This document shows positions 8,240 through 18,650 of a DNA stretch of 64,000 nt, in pieces. The translations under genes and the position numbers were made by a program. Source of the DNA: an uncultured Verrucomicrobiae bacterium (lineage in GTDB: Bacteria > Verrucomicrobiota > Verrucomicrobiia > Chthoniobacterales > JAFAMB01). The DNA lies in NCBI GenBank assembly GCA_963762565.1, contig CAVXLD010000001.1:1158286-1222285 (forward strand). Direction: 5' to 3'. The first letter of the stretch is position 1. Every line of letters starts with the position of its first letter. The notes under the pieces were generated by a model. The model had not been told where the DNA came from. It was given only the letters and a program-made list of their open reading frames with translations, and searched no databases.

Positions 8240-9142
8240 ATGGATTCTCGACCACCAATTCTATTGGCCGTTTTCGGAGCCCTGCTTCTGACTCAGATAG
8301 CGGCCTCTGCATCTGATCTGGCTTTTCTGGGTCCAAAAGGAAGTTATAGCGATGAAGCGGCAACTATATGGGCGTCTCGTGACCATATCACTGGCACTCT
8401 CCCTTTAAGCACGATCAGCTCGATCGCAGAATCTGCCCGGGACGGACGGGTAGAATTTGGTTTGCTGCCATTCGAGAATAGTATCGGCGGATTCGTCGGG
8501 GAAACGCAGAAGCTCCTGCTGGCGGCGGACCTCGGATGGCGCATCATCGGAGACATTACTATTCCGATCAGTAACAATCTTTTGGTAAAGCCCGGGGCGA
8601 AGGCATCGGATCTGAAGAAAGTAATATCGCATCCGGAGGCTCTTAAAGAATGCGCGAAATGGCTAAAGACGAACTTCCCTGAACTGGCTCAAGAGGAAGT
8701 CAGCTCCACCGCGGCGGCTGCAGAAGCAGTTTCCAAAGGGGATGGGACTATCGCAGCGATCGCCTCGCCGGCGGCTGCGAGTGTTTATCAGCTGCAGATA
8801 TTGTTCTCAAATATTGAGGACGATCGATCTAATGCCACGAACTTCGTGGTAATCGAAGGCGCCGGAGGCAATTTCTCAGAGCAAAATCCGACTCGCCTGG
8901 TTGTCCGAATCGAGGCAGCAAGCGGGACGGACATTTTTGCCCGGTTGCTAGACGCTCTGAATCGTCTTTCATTTAGTTTGACCAGCGCAGCCAGCGTAGC
9001 CACGGGCAGTCTAGGTTCACATCGATTCGCTCTCATATTGGACTCAAAAAAGGGAACAGATCTCGGCCAAATTCAAGATCTGCTTCGGCCTACCGGTGCT
9101 GTACTAGTCGGAGCGTACCGTCCCTCCGGCCTCGGACAGTAA
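8240..9142 (+). CDS. Prephenate dehydratase-like (PDT + ACT) protein with N-terminal signal/anchor
   Basis: FLGPKGSYSDEAA, LPFENSIGGFV and ISHPEALKECAKWL match PDT motifs. N-terminus is MDSRPPILLAVFGALLLTQIAASA. Confidence 0.65.
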   Translation: MDSRPPILLAVFGALLLTQIAASASDLAFLGPKGSYSDEAATIWASRDHITGTLPLSTISSIAESARDGRVEFGLLPFENSIGGFVGETQKLLLAADLGWRIIGDITIPISNNLLVKPGAKASDLKKVISHPEALKECAKWLKTNFPELAQEEVSSTAAAAEAVSKGDGTIAAIASPAAASVYQLQILFSNIEDDRSNATNFVVIEGAGGNFSEQNPTRLVVRIEAASGTDIFARLLDALNRLSFSLTSAASVATGSLGSHRFALILDSKKGTDLGQIQDLLRPTGAVLVGAYRPSGLGQ

Positions 9143-9463
9143 AAGATCGCAACGCGGCCGATCCTTCTAAAACCTTGAAACCGGACGCCTCGGTTTGCGG
9201 TAGAAAGCTAATACCTATGGATTTTTTGTTTTTGGCCGCGGCGCACCAGCTATCAGCCAGCATGCCTCAAGCGTATCCGACATGGACGACTAGTAGCGGG
9301 GTCGAGATTATGGCGGACATAATTAGTGGCTTCCTCACGCTTGGTTTCGGCATCTTTATTTACCGGCTGCCCCCGGAAAAGTGAAACCAAGACCTTTCGT
9401 TTTCGCCCGTGAGAAATCCTCGCGTCCTTGTCCTTTGTGGCCTTCTGTGCTGATGGTGACTCC

Positions 9464-10299
9464 ATGATCTTCAAAGGTCTGTTCGGGCCAATGGCTGCTC
9501 TGATTGGCCTGGGGTTCTCTTTCCCGGCGGTCGCTGAAGCCGGTGGACCGGTTCGGCTTTACAGTGCGGACCGTACCCATAACGATTTTTGGGAAAACAG
9601 GGGAAGTCATCGCGATCGAACAGGAGAACGGAGCGATGGGCCTCCAGGTTAAGGAATCGGACGGATTCAATGTCGAGGTGGTTAATCAGTTGAAGGAACC
9701 AACCAGTATCCATTGGCACGGCTTGATCCTACCCGCGTTGATGGACGGAGTTCCGTTTGTGAGCCAGGATCCAATTCCTCCCGGTGAGACTTATCATTAT
9801 CAGTTTGCGTTGAAGCAAAGTGGAACTTACTGGCTCCATTCTCACTATGGTCTACAGGAACAATTGTTAGCCGCCGCGCCGTTAATCCTGGAAAGCGAAG
9901 CGCAAAACGCCAAGGCCGATGAACAATACACAGTGCTCTTGAGCGATTACTCGTTTACGTCGTCTGCAAAAATCCTCGAACGATTGAAGGGCGGTATGCC
10001 GGTTCAGCGGCAACCAACTTCTTCGTGAACACCGGAGCGTTGACCAGCCAGTTAACGGCGGTTGATGGAAAAGATATCGAGCCGGTATCGGGAAATTATT
10101 TTCAGTTAGGGATCGCGCAACGGATCGATCTGCTGATGAAAATCCCGGATAAAGGGGACGCTTTTCCTATTCTGGCCCAGCGTGCCACATCCTCTATCAC
10201 GCGGCGGTGGGCATGTTCACGGTTCTCAAATACGACGGCGCCGATACCAAGTTTTGGCAACCCGAGAAAACGCTGACCGAGCTTAGGGGAGAGCGTTGA
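9464..10299 (+). pseudogene. Multicopper oxidase (CopA-like) relic with frameshifts and large internal deletions
   Basis: Three frames. Frame 1 has the signal MIFKGLFGPMAALIGLGFSFPAVAEA. Frame 2 has domain 1, TSIHWHGLILP...GTYWLHSHYG. Frame 3 has a domain-2 fragment, TAVDGKDIEPV...RIDLLM, and the C-terminal CHILYHAAVGMFTVLKYDG (HCHxxxHxxxGM) directly after AFPILAQ. The whole is only about 280 codons against 500-600 expected. Confidence 0.75.
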
Positions 10300-10305
10300 G
10301 TTTCC

Positions 10306-10908
10306 TCAATCGATTAACCGATCATCTGCGTGCGCTCTGAGTCGCTCCGAAAGAGCATCCGTGATATGTCGCATTAGATCAGGAGTCTCACGAGAAAACC
10401 CATATACCCATTCTGGAAAGTTGAGAGGCTTCTGTACTGCCCAGATCTCGTCGTGGCGATCGGGAGGCAGAATTTGAGCCGGATCGCCGACTGCGATCCA
10501 TCCGATGGGAACAAACACTTCGGGCGGAATGACCGTGCGCAAATGCACCGTCGCATGAGGTCGTACTTCCGCGCCCCGTCCTAATTTCGCTCCGTGAAAG
10601 ATCGCCGCTGATGTTGCCACGAACACTTCATGCTCAAGAGAGGCACCGACGACATGAGCGTTGGGCCCAACGAGGCAGTGATCCCCAATGGTACACGCAT
10701 GTTTTGCAGTCGCTCGAATGACAGCGTTTTCCATCACGATGCATTCGCGTCCGATCTGGATGAGGCCACCAGACTCACCCACTATTCGCGCACCGTAGAG
10801 AACGCGGGAGCCCGGACCGACGTACACGTTGCCGCATATCGTCGCATCGGGTGCAATCCAAGCGGTCGAATCAATTTGCGGCCGATGCCCTGCGTGTTCA
10901 AATAACAT
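10306..10908 (-). CDS. Left-handed beta-helix protein, gamma-carbonic-anhydrase/PaaY-like family
   Basis: Hexapeptide-repeat pattern (IAPDATICGNVYVGPGSRVLYGARIVG..IQIGRECIVMENAVI). Confidence 0.6.
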   Translation of the reverse strand: MLFEHAGHRPQIDSTAWIAPDATICGNVYVGPGSRVLYGARIVGESGGLIQIGRECIVMENAVIRATAKHACTIGDHCLVGPNAHVVGASLEHEVFVATSAAIFHGAKLGRGAEVRPHATVHLRTVIPPEVFVPIGWIAVGDPAQILPPDRHDEIWAVQKPLNFPEWVYGFSRETPDLMRHITDALSERLRAHADDRLID

Positions 10909-11015
10909 AGGTAGATCCTCCGATTTCAGCGGTCTCCTCGGATGGGATTGAGTTTACCATAAGCAACCGGTCACCGTTAAACCATTGTTACACTTCGAGT
11001 CGCCGTTCTTGCACG

Positions 11016-11130
11016 CCCGCAGATTAACGCAGAGCCTCGCGCAGAGGACGCAAAGGACGGAGAGGTCCAATCGTCTTCTTGTTTGCGTCCGCTGCGAACT
11101 TTGCGCGAGGTTCTGCGTTAAGCGATGCGG
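11016..11130. repeat. Word-hairpin (CGCAGA words)
   Basis: CCCGCAGATTAACGCAGAGCCTCGCGCAGAGGACGCAAAGG versus CTTGTTTGCGTCCGCTGCGAACTTTGCGCGAGGTTCTGCGTTAAGCG. Confidence 0.6.
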
Positions 11131-11195
11131 CCGGCTTTTCGCGGCTATTCTATTTTGTTCCCCTGAAATCGGGCCCGATTAGGCATCGGCCTCGA

Positions 11196-12717
11196 CTACT
11201 GTGACGCCGCATCGGCGGCGGTACGGAAACCGATTTCAGACGACCGGTCCAGGGTGGGCGCCATGAGCAGATACTTGTTGTGATGATTCAGTTGGTACGC
11301 AGTCGGCGTCGAAGGAAAGTAGAAGTTGATAGGAAAGTTTGACTGCGGTTGGTACGCTGAACCGCCCCGAACTACGGCGGCGATCGTGTGTTCATCCGTA
11401 AACGTGTTTGTCCATTGCCACACGTTACCGACCATATCGAGGACACCGAAAGGACTGGCGCCGCTCGGATGCGCGGTGACATCATCCGGAGGAGTCGTGT
11501 CGCGGCCGGTATTTACCGTGGGAACGTTCGTTGCCGAGAAGGTACTACCCCAAGGATACAATCGGCCGTCAGTCCCTTGAGCTGCATACTGCCATTCCCA
11601 TTCGTTTGGCAGGCGGCGTCCAGCCCATCGGACGTACGCTGCCGCGTCTTGCCAGGATACCCAAGTCACAGGTTTGTTGTCCCATCCCGCCTGGTAATGA
11701 GGATGAGCTGGGTTTGACCAGTCCCAATCGAGCAGGAAGTTATGAGTGTCCGCCGGACGATAGTTGGTCGCGTCCATGAAACCTTGATACTGCAGGTTCG
11801 TCACCTCGGTCTTATCCAGGTAGAACGTATTGATCGTCATTTGATGACTGTGAGTGTAACTGGGTTGCGATTCCCACGGATATTGAACATCGGCGCCAGG
11901 TTCACCGTCTCCTTCGATCTCCGTGCCTTCCACGGTGAATTCGTAGGTACCTCCTGAAATGGTGACCATTCCGTTAGGTGGTTCCGAATACGGCTTGGTT
12001 GTCTCGGTTGGATTAATGGCCTGGGTCAGTACGGTGTTAGCGGCGGAATAAGAGCTGAGCGGTTTAGCAGTCAATTGGCGCATCGTGGCCAGGAATTCCT
12101 TCAGCTTAGCTGGCAGATCGGCGGGCTTGGCGCCAAGGATTGCTCCGTAACCGCTGTCTTCAATAGAGAAAGCCAGGACGGCCGTCCCATTGCTAACAAC
12201 CGGTTTCAGCTCAACCCCATGCCAGAGATCGTAGTACACCTGCTTGGGGAAATCCGGGCATATCACGGATCAGTTGGTCCTGGTTTCGGCTATCGACGCC
12301 CATGTTGGGGTAGGTCGGCCAAAGCAAAACTGAATCGATCCCGCCGTACCGTTTATCCAAATCAGAGAGGTAGGTAGAGACAATATACTTACCGCTACTC
12401 ACATCGTAAAAGTACCGATCATGGGTCATCTCTTGGGGCTGAATCGGGTTGTGTTGGGTCCAGTTTAGCGGGGCGAATTGATAGATAGAATCATCGTAGT
12501 TAATGCTGGCCCGTTGCTGAGCCCGCCAGCTTTGCATAGCGGCTAACCAGGCGGCGGTATCACCAGGAGTATCAGGGCCGTTAATTTGAATATAATCAGG
12601 AAACACCAGCGTATAACCGGCGGCATCGGCGTGTCCGGGGAGGGAAACGCCGATCAAGGCGAGAGCCAAACAGGGAAGAATATTGAATTTCATATTCAGG
12701 AGGAAACGGGGGAACAT
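11196..12717 (-). CDS. Secreted protein with C-terminal formylglycine-generating-enzyme (FGE/SUMF1) domain; one frameshift in this assembly
   Basis: C-terminal motifs VTNLQYQGFMDATNYRP, VSWQDAAAYVRWAGRRLPNEWEWQYAA, MVGNVWQWT, RGGSAY. N-terminal signal MKFNILPCLALALIGVSLPGHA. The two frames join at the G-run 12246-12249 (DMPGFP|KQVYYDLWHG). Confidence 0.7.
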
Positions 12718-12755
12718 CGATTAGACGGCTAGCGCTTAAACAGCGACGTTGCGGC

Positions 12756-12773
12756 TGAGCAAACGATTGCGCA
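12756..12773. promoter_or_regulatory. LacI-type operator TGAGCAAACGATTGCGCA
   Basis: Imperfect palindrome centred on CG. Exact reverse complement of 16996-17013. Confidence 0.65.
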
Positions 12774-12858
12774 ATCGATTAGCCGAACTTTTAGGCCCAC
12801 TTTTTCAGGTTGTCAAGAATGACCATTGACACTCGCCCAAAAAGGCCTAAAGCTGGCC

Positions 12859-12884
12859 GCAATCGATTGCGCAACTGTTTGCGC
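12859..12884. promoter_or_regulatory. Second LacI-type operator region (GCAATCGATTGC perfect palindrome + TGCGCAACTGTTTGCGC)
   Basis: Direct reading, about 60 bp upstream of the binding-protein gene. Confidence 0.55.
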
Positions 12885-12940
12885 TGTCCCTTGTGTAACC
12901 TGATTAACCCCCAAACTGTTTAGCCCACCCCATCTCTTAT

Positions 12941-13894
12941 ATGCGTCTTACCCCCCATCAGAACCGGCCAGTTATCAGCACCTTGCTGACTCTGGCGCTT
13001 TGCGGTGTTACTCTAGCGGCTCAAGCCGCCGATAAACCCAGAGTCGCTCTGGTTATGAAATCGTTGGCCAATGAGTTTTTCCAGACCATGGAAAAAGGGG
13101 CCCGCGATTATCAAGCCCAACACTCCAGCGAATTCGATCTGATCTCGAATGGGATCAAAAATGAAACCGATGTCGGCGCCCAAATCAATCTGGTGAACCA
13201 GATGATCGCCCAACGGGTGGACGCCATTGTCCTAGCGCCGGCTGATTCGAAAGCGTTGATCGCTGTCGCCAAAAAAGCGCAGAAGGCCGGTATTCTGGTC
13301 ATCAATATTGATAACAAATTCGACGCCCCCACCCTGGCCCAGGAGAATGTTAAAATTCCATTCGTCGGACCGGATAATCGGAAGGGAGCGAAAAAGGTCG
13401 GAGACTATTTGGCGAAACAACTTTCACCGGGGAGCAAGGTGGCGGTCTTGGAAGGAGTTCCCGGTGCTTTCAACGGGATCCAACGAAGACTCGGCTTCGA
13501 CGACGCTATGAAAGACGCCAAGATCGATGTGGTGAGCTCCCAAGCTGCAGACTGGGAAACCGCCAAAGCGAACCAGGTAGCATCGGCGATCATCACGCAA
13601 TACCCGAATCTCAACGCAATTCTCGCGTGCAACGATAGCATGGCTTTGGGAGCAGTCGCTGCGCTTAAGGCCGCCGGCAAAGAGGACAGTGTCAAAGTGG
13701 TCGGCTTCGACAATATCACGGCCGTCCAACAGTTGATCAAAGACGGCAAAATGCTGGCCACCGCCGACCAACACGGCGACCAGCTCGCGGTCTACGGGAT
13801 TCAATACGCTTTGGAATCGCTGGCTAACAAGGGAGCATCGCTGCCAGATCGTGAAACTAAGGTGGATTTGATCACCAAGGACGACTTGAAATAG
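12941..13894 (+). CDS. Sugar (ribose-type) ABC transporter periplasmic binding protein
   Basis: Signal peptide, then RbsB-like KPRVALVMKSLANEFFQTMEKGA...ILACNDSMALGA. Confidence 0.8.
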   Translation: MRLTPHQNRPVISTLLTLALCGVTLAAQAADKPRVALVMKSLANEFFQTMEKGARDYQAQHSSEFDLISNGIKNETDVGAQINLVNQMIAQRVDAIVLAPADSKALIAVAKKAQKAGILVINIDNKFDAPTLAQENVKIPFVGPDNRKGAKKVGDYLAKQLSPGSKVAVLEGVPGAFNGIQRRLGFDDAMKDAKIDVVSSQAADWETAKANQVASAIITQYPNLNAILACNDSMALGAVAALKAAGKEDSVKVVGFDNITAVQQLIKDGKMLATADQHGDQLAVYGIQYALESLANKGASLPDRETKVDLITKDDLK

Positions 13895-13976
13895 CGACGA
13901 CCTGCGGCCAAAACGAACCCGTGAAAGGTGAAAGGTGAGAAAGCCTCGAGTGTTGACAAGACTTTCACCCGTAGCA

Positions 13977-14058
13977 GGACGAAGATAACGAAGGGTGCTT
14001 TAGCCCGGATTGTTATATAGAATCGTTGCCCTTCGTTTGCTTCGTTAGCTTCTGTAAG
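13977..14058. repeat. Word-hairpin (GGACGAAGATAACGAAGGG / GCCCTTCGTTTGCTTCGTTAGCTTCTGTAAG)
   Basis: Direct reading. It explains the spurious N-terminal extension of ORF 14026. Confidence 0.7.
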
Positions 14059-14103
14059 ATCTCTTCACTAGCTACTGTAAGATTTCAGCCTCCCGCCCAT
14101 CGG

Positions 14104-15612
14104 ATGACCGCACTTCTCCAAACTAGGGGACTCAGTAAGGCGTATGCCAGCCCGGTCCTGCAGGATGTTAATTTCGATCTGCGGGCCGGAGAGATCCACG
14201 CGTTGGTTGGAGAGAACGGAGCAGGCAAAAGTACTCTTTGCCACATTATTGCTGGATTGCGTGAAGCGGATTCAGGCGAAATGTTCCTGGAAGAGAGCCC
14301 CTATCGGCCAACCAGCAAAAGGGTCGCTGAACATAAAGGGGTACGAATCGTTCTCCAGGAGCTTAGTCTAATCGACAATTTGTCTGTGGGGGAAAATCTA
14401 TTTCTCCCCCGCTTACCGAATCGAATGGGCTGGATCCGGGACAGCCGACTGGCACAAGCCGCTCGGACTGCCTTGGACCGGGTCGGCTTGATCGACCTGG
14501 AACCGAGTGTTCCGGTCCGTCAGCTTGGGATCGGACAGAAGCAATTAATCGAGATTGCCGCCGGAATTTCGCAAGAGTGTAAGGTCCTGATTCTTGATGA
14601 ACCCACGGCCGCGCTGACTAGCGCCGACGCCGAGCGGTTGTTCGCGCAGGTTAGAAACCTGCGGGAAGCAGGCGTCGGTATCATTTTCATTTCCCATCAC
14701 CTCGAAGAGGTTCAGGAAATCGCGGATCGTGTGTCGGTCCTACGCGATGGCAGTCTAGTTACGGTTAAGGACCGGGGATCCTATTCAATTGATGAAATCA
14801 TCCGTTCGATGGTGGGTCGGGACCTTGGCGAATCGGGGGAACGAACTGCTAGAACGGGTTCGGGCGACGTGTTGCTTCGCGTCGAGAATTTGAAAGCGCC
14901 TCCCGTTGTGCGGGACGTCAGCTTTGAAGCTCAAGCAGGTGAGATTTTAGGGATCGCTGGTCTCATGGGTTCTGGTCGGACCGAAACCATGCGTGCACTC
15001 TTCGGAGCCGATCCCCGAACTGCCGGCAGAATTTTTGTTAAAGGTAAAGAGGTTCAAATCCGCCGGCCAGCAGACGCAGTAAAATTGGGAATCGGGTTCT
15101 TAACTGAAGATCGTAAAGGCCAAGGGCTGCTTTTGCCTAAACCAATCAGGATAAATATCAGCCTGGCCCGAATGCTCGGCGAAATTGCCCGTTTCGGTTG
15201 GATCGACCGAGCGCGAGAAAATCGGGTTGCCGATAGCTGGGTCCATCGGTTGAGTGTGCGTTGTTCTTCCACGGAACAGGCGGTAGTTAACCTTAGCGGT
15301 GGTAATCAACAGAAGGTTTTACTTGCGCGCTGGCTCTACCGAAACTGCGATATCCTGATTTGTGATGAACCTACCCGAGGTATCGACGTGGGTGCAAAGT
15401 TTGAGATCTATCAGCTGCTCGGTGAACTAGCCGCCGGAGGAAAAGCGATTGTAGTGATTTCTTCGGATCTCAAAGAGCTGCTGACGCTCTGCGACCGGAT
15501 TGCCGTGATGTCGGCCGGCAAATTGGTCACAGAATTCCGGCGAGGCGAATGGACTGAGGATGGAATCATGGCGGCGGCGTTTATTGAGCTGACCCGGCCG
15601 ACGCCTAACTAG
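14104..15612 (+). CDS. Sugar ABC transporter ATP-binding protein (two ABC domains, RbsA-like)
   Basis: Walker A GENGAGKST. Signature LSGGNQQK. Duplicated ATPase domains. ATG at 14104. Confidence 0.85.
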   Translation: MTALLQTRGLSKAYASPVLQDVNFDLRAGEIHALVGENGAGKSTLCHIIAGLREADSGEMFLEESPYRPTSKRVAEHKGVRIVLQELSLIDNLSVGENLFLPRLPNRMGWIRDSRLAQAARTALDRVGLIDLEPSVPVRQLGIGQKQLIEIAAGISQECKVLILDEPTAALTSADAERLFAQVRNLREAGVGIIFISHHLEEVQEIADRVSVLRDGSLVTVKDRGSYSIDEIIRSMVGRDLGESGERTARTGSGDVLLRVENLKAPPVVRDVSFEAQAGEILGIAGLMGSGRTETMRALFGADPRTAGRIFVKGKEVQIRRPADAVKLGIGFLTEDRKGQGLLLPKPIRINISLARMLGEIARFGWIDRARENRVADSWVHRLSVRCSSTEQAVVNLSGGNQQKVLLARWLYRNCDILICDEPTRGIDVGAKFEIYQLLGELAAGGKAIVVISSDLKELLTLCDRIAVMSAGKLVTEFRRGEWTEDGIMAAAFIELTRPTPN

Positions 15613-15682
15613 TCGATTTCAGCGTTGGAAGAAAAAGAGCTACGAGAAACAACCCCGAAACGGCGAATCGGCGAATGGGCGA

Positions 15683-16783
15683 ATGGGCGACACCGCCAGC
15701 GCCACCGGCGAACGAACCGAGCAATTAACTGATCCAGTTTTTATGAGACCGAACCCTTATCCCACTTCGACTGATGCATCGCCCGGGGCCGGCATCAAGT
15801 CGAACCTCGGGGGGCCGAGCCGGCGAGCCGGTCAGCTCCGCGAAATCATCGAGAACAGTTTGGGATTGGTGGTCGTTCTGGTCTTGCTGATCGTCCTATT
15901 TAGTTTTCAAACCGCCCATTTCTTCTCGGCAACGACCTTCGAAGCGATCGCCAACGAGATTCCGACGGCCATTTTCATCGCCATTGGTATGACCTTTGTT
16001 TTGATCATCGGCGGGATAGACCTGTCGGTTGGATCAGTCCTGGCATTGGGGTCCGGCTTGTTAGGTGTTGCTATTGTGCACTGGCATTGGCCGCTCTGGG
16101 CCGCGATTGGGTTGTGCGTATTGTCCGGTGCTCTTTGCGGACTGCTGAATGGGTTTCTAACCATCCGCTTTCGCCTACCTTCCTTTATCGTAACGCTCGG
16201 CCTGATGGAAGCGGCTCGGGGAGCGACCTATCTGGTCACAAATTCCCAGACCATGTATATCGGTTCCACGATTGAAGCGGTGGACAACGCAACTTTATTT
16301 GGGCTTTCGTTGCCCTTCTTGGTTGCGATCGGTTTTGCCATCATCGCTCAATTTATTCTCACTGGAACCGTCTTCGGTCGCTATGCCATCGCTCTCGGAA
16401 CCAGCGAAGAAGCGGTCCGCCTTTCCGGAATTGACACTCGACCAATAAAACTAGCGGTATTTACCTTAAGCGGTGCTTTAGCCGCTGTGGCCGGAATTTC
16501 TTATTGTGCGCAACTTTCCGCGGCCGATCCCAACGCGGGCAATGGGTTTGAGCTCGCGGCTATCGCGGCGGTGGTGATCGGTGGGACCAGTCTGATGGGA
16601 GGCCGTGGTTCGGTCATTAATTCATTGTTTGGAGTTCTGGTAATTGCGGTACTGGAAACCGGGCTAGCTCAAATCGGAGCCCAAGAATCGGTGAAACGGA
16701 TGGTAACCGGAGCCGTGATCATCATCGCCGTTATCGTCGATTTTTATCGGACGCGCCGGGCGGAAGCGAAGGCGAGGAAGTAA
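15683..16783 (+). CDS. Sugar ABC transporter permease (RbsC-like)
   Basis: Multi-TM protein. IGGIDLSVGS and GGTSLMGGRGS motifs. Start uncertain (alternative ATG at 15743). Confidence 0.8.
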   Translation: MGDTASATGERTEQLTDPVFMRPNPYPTSTDASPGAGIKSNLGGPSRRAGQLREIIENSLGLVVVLVLLIVLFSFQTAHFFSATTFEAIANEIPTAIFIAIGMTFVLIIGGIDLSVGSVLALGSGLLGVAIVHWHWPLWAAIGLCVLSGALCGLLNGFLTIRFRLPSFIVTLGLMEAARGATYLVTNSQTMYIGSTIEAVDNATLFGLSLPFLVAIGFAIIAQFILTGTVFGRYAIALGTSEEAVRLSGIDTRPIKLAVFTLSGALAAVAGISYCAQLSAADPNAGNGFELAAIAAVVIGGTSLMGGRGSVINSLFGVLVIAVLETGLAQIGAQESVKRMVTGAVIIIAVIVDFYRTRRAEAKARK

Positions 16784-16903
16784 GCAGTAAGCAGTAAGCG
16801 GTAAGCGGTAAGCACTAAGCAGTTCAGGAGCCAGGAGCGAGAATCCAGGTCAGGAGATCTGGCTCCTAATACTGATTACTGATTACTGATTACTGATTAC
16901 TTC
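16779..16903. repeat. Heptamer-array hairpin: (CAGTAAG/CGGTAAG)x6 ... CAGGAGCC words ... (TACTGAT)x4
   Basis: Direct reading. Both arrays have a 7-nt period and are partly complementary. Confidence 0.8.
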
Positions 16904-16995
16904 TCCCAGGCGTCAAGGTGCGCACGGACAGTTAGTCTGCCAAATGCAAAGAATGATTGACCTAATTAACTCCACGCGTTATCCAAGAGAACGCT

Positions 16996-17013
16996 TGCGC
17001 AATCGTTTGCTCA
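16996..17013. promoter_or_regulatory. LacI-type operator TGCGCAATCGTTTGCTCA upstream of the LacI gene
   Basis: Exact reverse complement of 12756-12773. Confidence 0.65.
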
Positions 17014-17077
17014 GGCTTTTTCGCTGATTATAAGCTAAGTGCCACCTACCCGTATTAAGTCCTCCGGAGCGCCGACC

Positions 17078-18103
17078 ATGAAAGATGTTGCTGAGTTGGC
17101 CGGCGTGTCGGTAACCACCGTTTCCCATGTGCTGAACAAGACCCGGTATGTAGACCGGAGTTTGGTTCGGCGAGTTGAGGCCGCGGTTAAGACCCTTGGG
17201 TACCAGCCGAATGCGTTAGCGCGAGGATTGCGCCGAAAAGAAACCCGAATGCTTGGCGTGGTGGTACCGGATAATTCCAATCCATACTTTGCTGAGCTCG
17301 CTCGGAGCATCGAAGATGCGTGTTTCGAAAGCGACTATAACGTCATCCTCTGCAATTCCGACGAAGACCCGACTAAAGAACGCGCTTACTTATCTCTGTT
17401 AGCGGAGAAGCGCGTCGATGGAATTGTTTTTGTCGCTTCAGGCGATGATCGCGCCGGAGTACAGGCCGTTCTGCAACAGAAAATTCCACTGGTGCTTTTG
17501 GATAGAGAGCTCAAAGGCACCAAGTGCGATGCGATTCTAGTAGACAATCGTTCTGGCGCGCGTCGGGCGACCCAACATTTGATCCAGGGAAACCACCAGC
17601 GGATTGGTTGCGTCTGTGGTCCCAAGAATCTGGCTTCAGCTAAAGAACGGCTTCAAGGTTACCAAGACGCTTTCACGGAGGCGCGCCTGCGCATGGATCC
17701 CAAATTGATTCAGCCCGGAGACTTTCACATCGAAGGCGGATTTACCGCCATACAATCGCTGCTGGATCTGCCAACTCGAATCACTGCGGTCTTCGTAGCA
17801 AACGATTTGATGGCGATAGGCGTCTTAAGAGGAATCGCAGCCCGCGGTCTACGCGTGCCAGAAGACATCGCAGTCGTGGGATTCGACGGCATTTCCCTGG
17901 GAAGATACACGCAACCGCCACTAACAACGGTGGCGCAACCAATTCGTAAAATTGGAAAGTTGGCGACCGAGCTAGTGTTATCGCGAGTAAACGGCGAGCG
18001 AGAGGAACCGCGAATTCATCGCTTAGAGACGAACCTGGTTGTTCGCGGGTCTTGCGGGATTACACAGAAGGGCACGAAGACAAATCTTTTGAACAAGAGC
18101 TAA
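17078..18103 (+). CDS. LacI family transcriptional regulator
   Basis: MKDVAELAGVSVTTVSHVLN HTH followed by a periplasmic-binding-fold domain. Confidence 0.85.
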   Translation: MKDVAELAGVSVTTVSHVLNKTRYVDRSLVRRVEAAVKTLGYQPNALARGLRRKETRMLGVVVPDNSNPYFAELARSIEDACFESDYNVILCNSDEDPTKERAYLSLLAEKRVDGIVFVASGDDRAGVQAVLQQKIPLVLLDRELKGTKCDAILVDNRSGARRATQHLIQGNHQRIGCVCGPKNLASAKERLQGYQDAFTEARLRMDPKLIQPGDFHIEGGFTAIQSLLDLPTRITAVFVANDLMAIGVLRGIAARGLRVPEDIAVVGFDGISLGRYTQPPLTTVAQPIRKIGKLATELVLSRVNGEREEPRIHRLETNLVVRGSCGITQKGTKTNLLNKS

Positions 18104-18339
18104 CAGCCAGCCTGAGAACAGCTTCGTGGGTTTGCAACCACCTCTTGGTGTCGATCCAAATCAGACGTTGTGTTAGTGCCGGTAAAAATGCTTTAGGCAG
18201 GAATAGAGCATCTGAACTCGACCATCTGCTCTATTACATCTAGCTTACATTCGCATTACAAATACATAATAATATCATGTTGCTTTTGCCATTGATATCG
18301 GATCGATGTTTGTTAAGTTTGCAGGGTAATGAGCAGAGA

Positions 18340-18555
18340 ATGAAGAAGCGGCCCAGCAAATCTGAAGTCAAGATTATCGCTATAATCGGTTTATCTGAGA
18401 ATCTTCTAATTCAAGCGGACCTGGTCGAAATCGCGGAAGAGTTGCGCAAAAGCCGGTCAAAATGGATCAAGGAAGATATGGCGGATTGGGTGCTCGAGGT
18501 TAAGGAGAGGGTGAAAAATCTCCACTGGCAAGAGCCGAAACATCCGTGGAACTAA
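18340..18555 (+). CDS. Hypothetical small protein in an AT-rich patch
   Basis: ORF only. No recognisable motifs. Confidence 0.25.
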   Translation: MKKRPSKSEVKIIAIIGLSENLLIQADLVEIAEELRKSRSKWIKEDMADWVLEVKERVKNLHWQEPKHPWN

Positions 18556-18650
18556 AGCTTGCACAAGCGCCTGACGAAGCCTCGCACAGAGGGCGGAAGG
18601 GACACAACGATTGTTTCTCCGTAAAGAAACGCATCGGGAACCGGTGGTTG

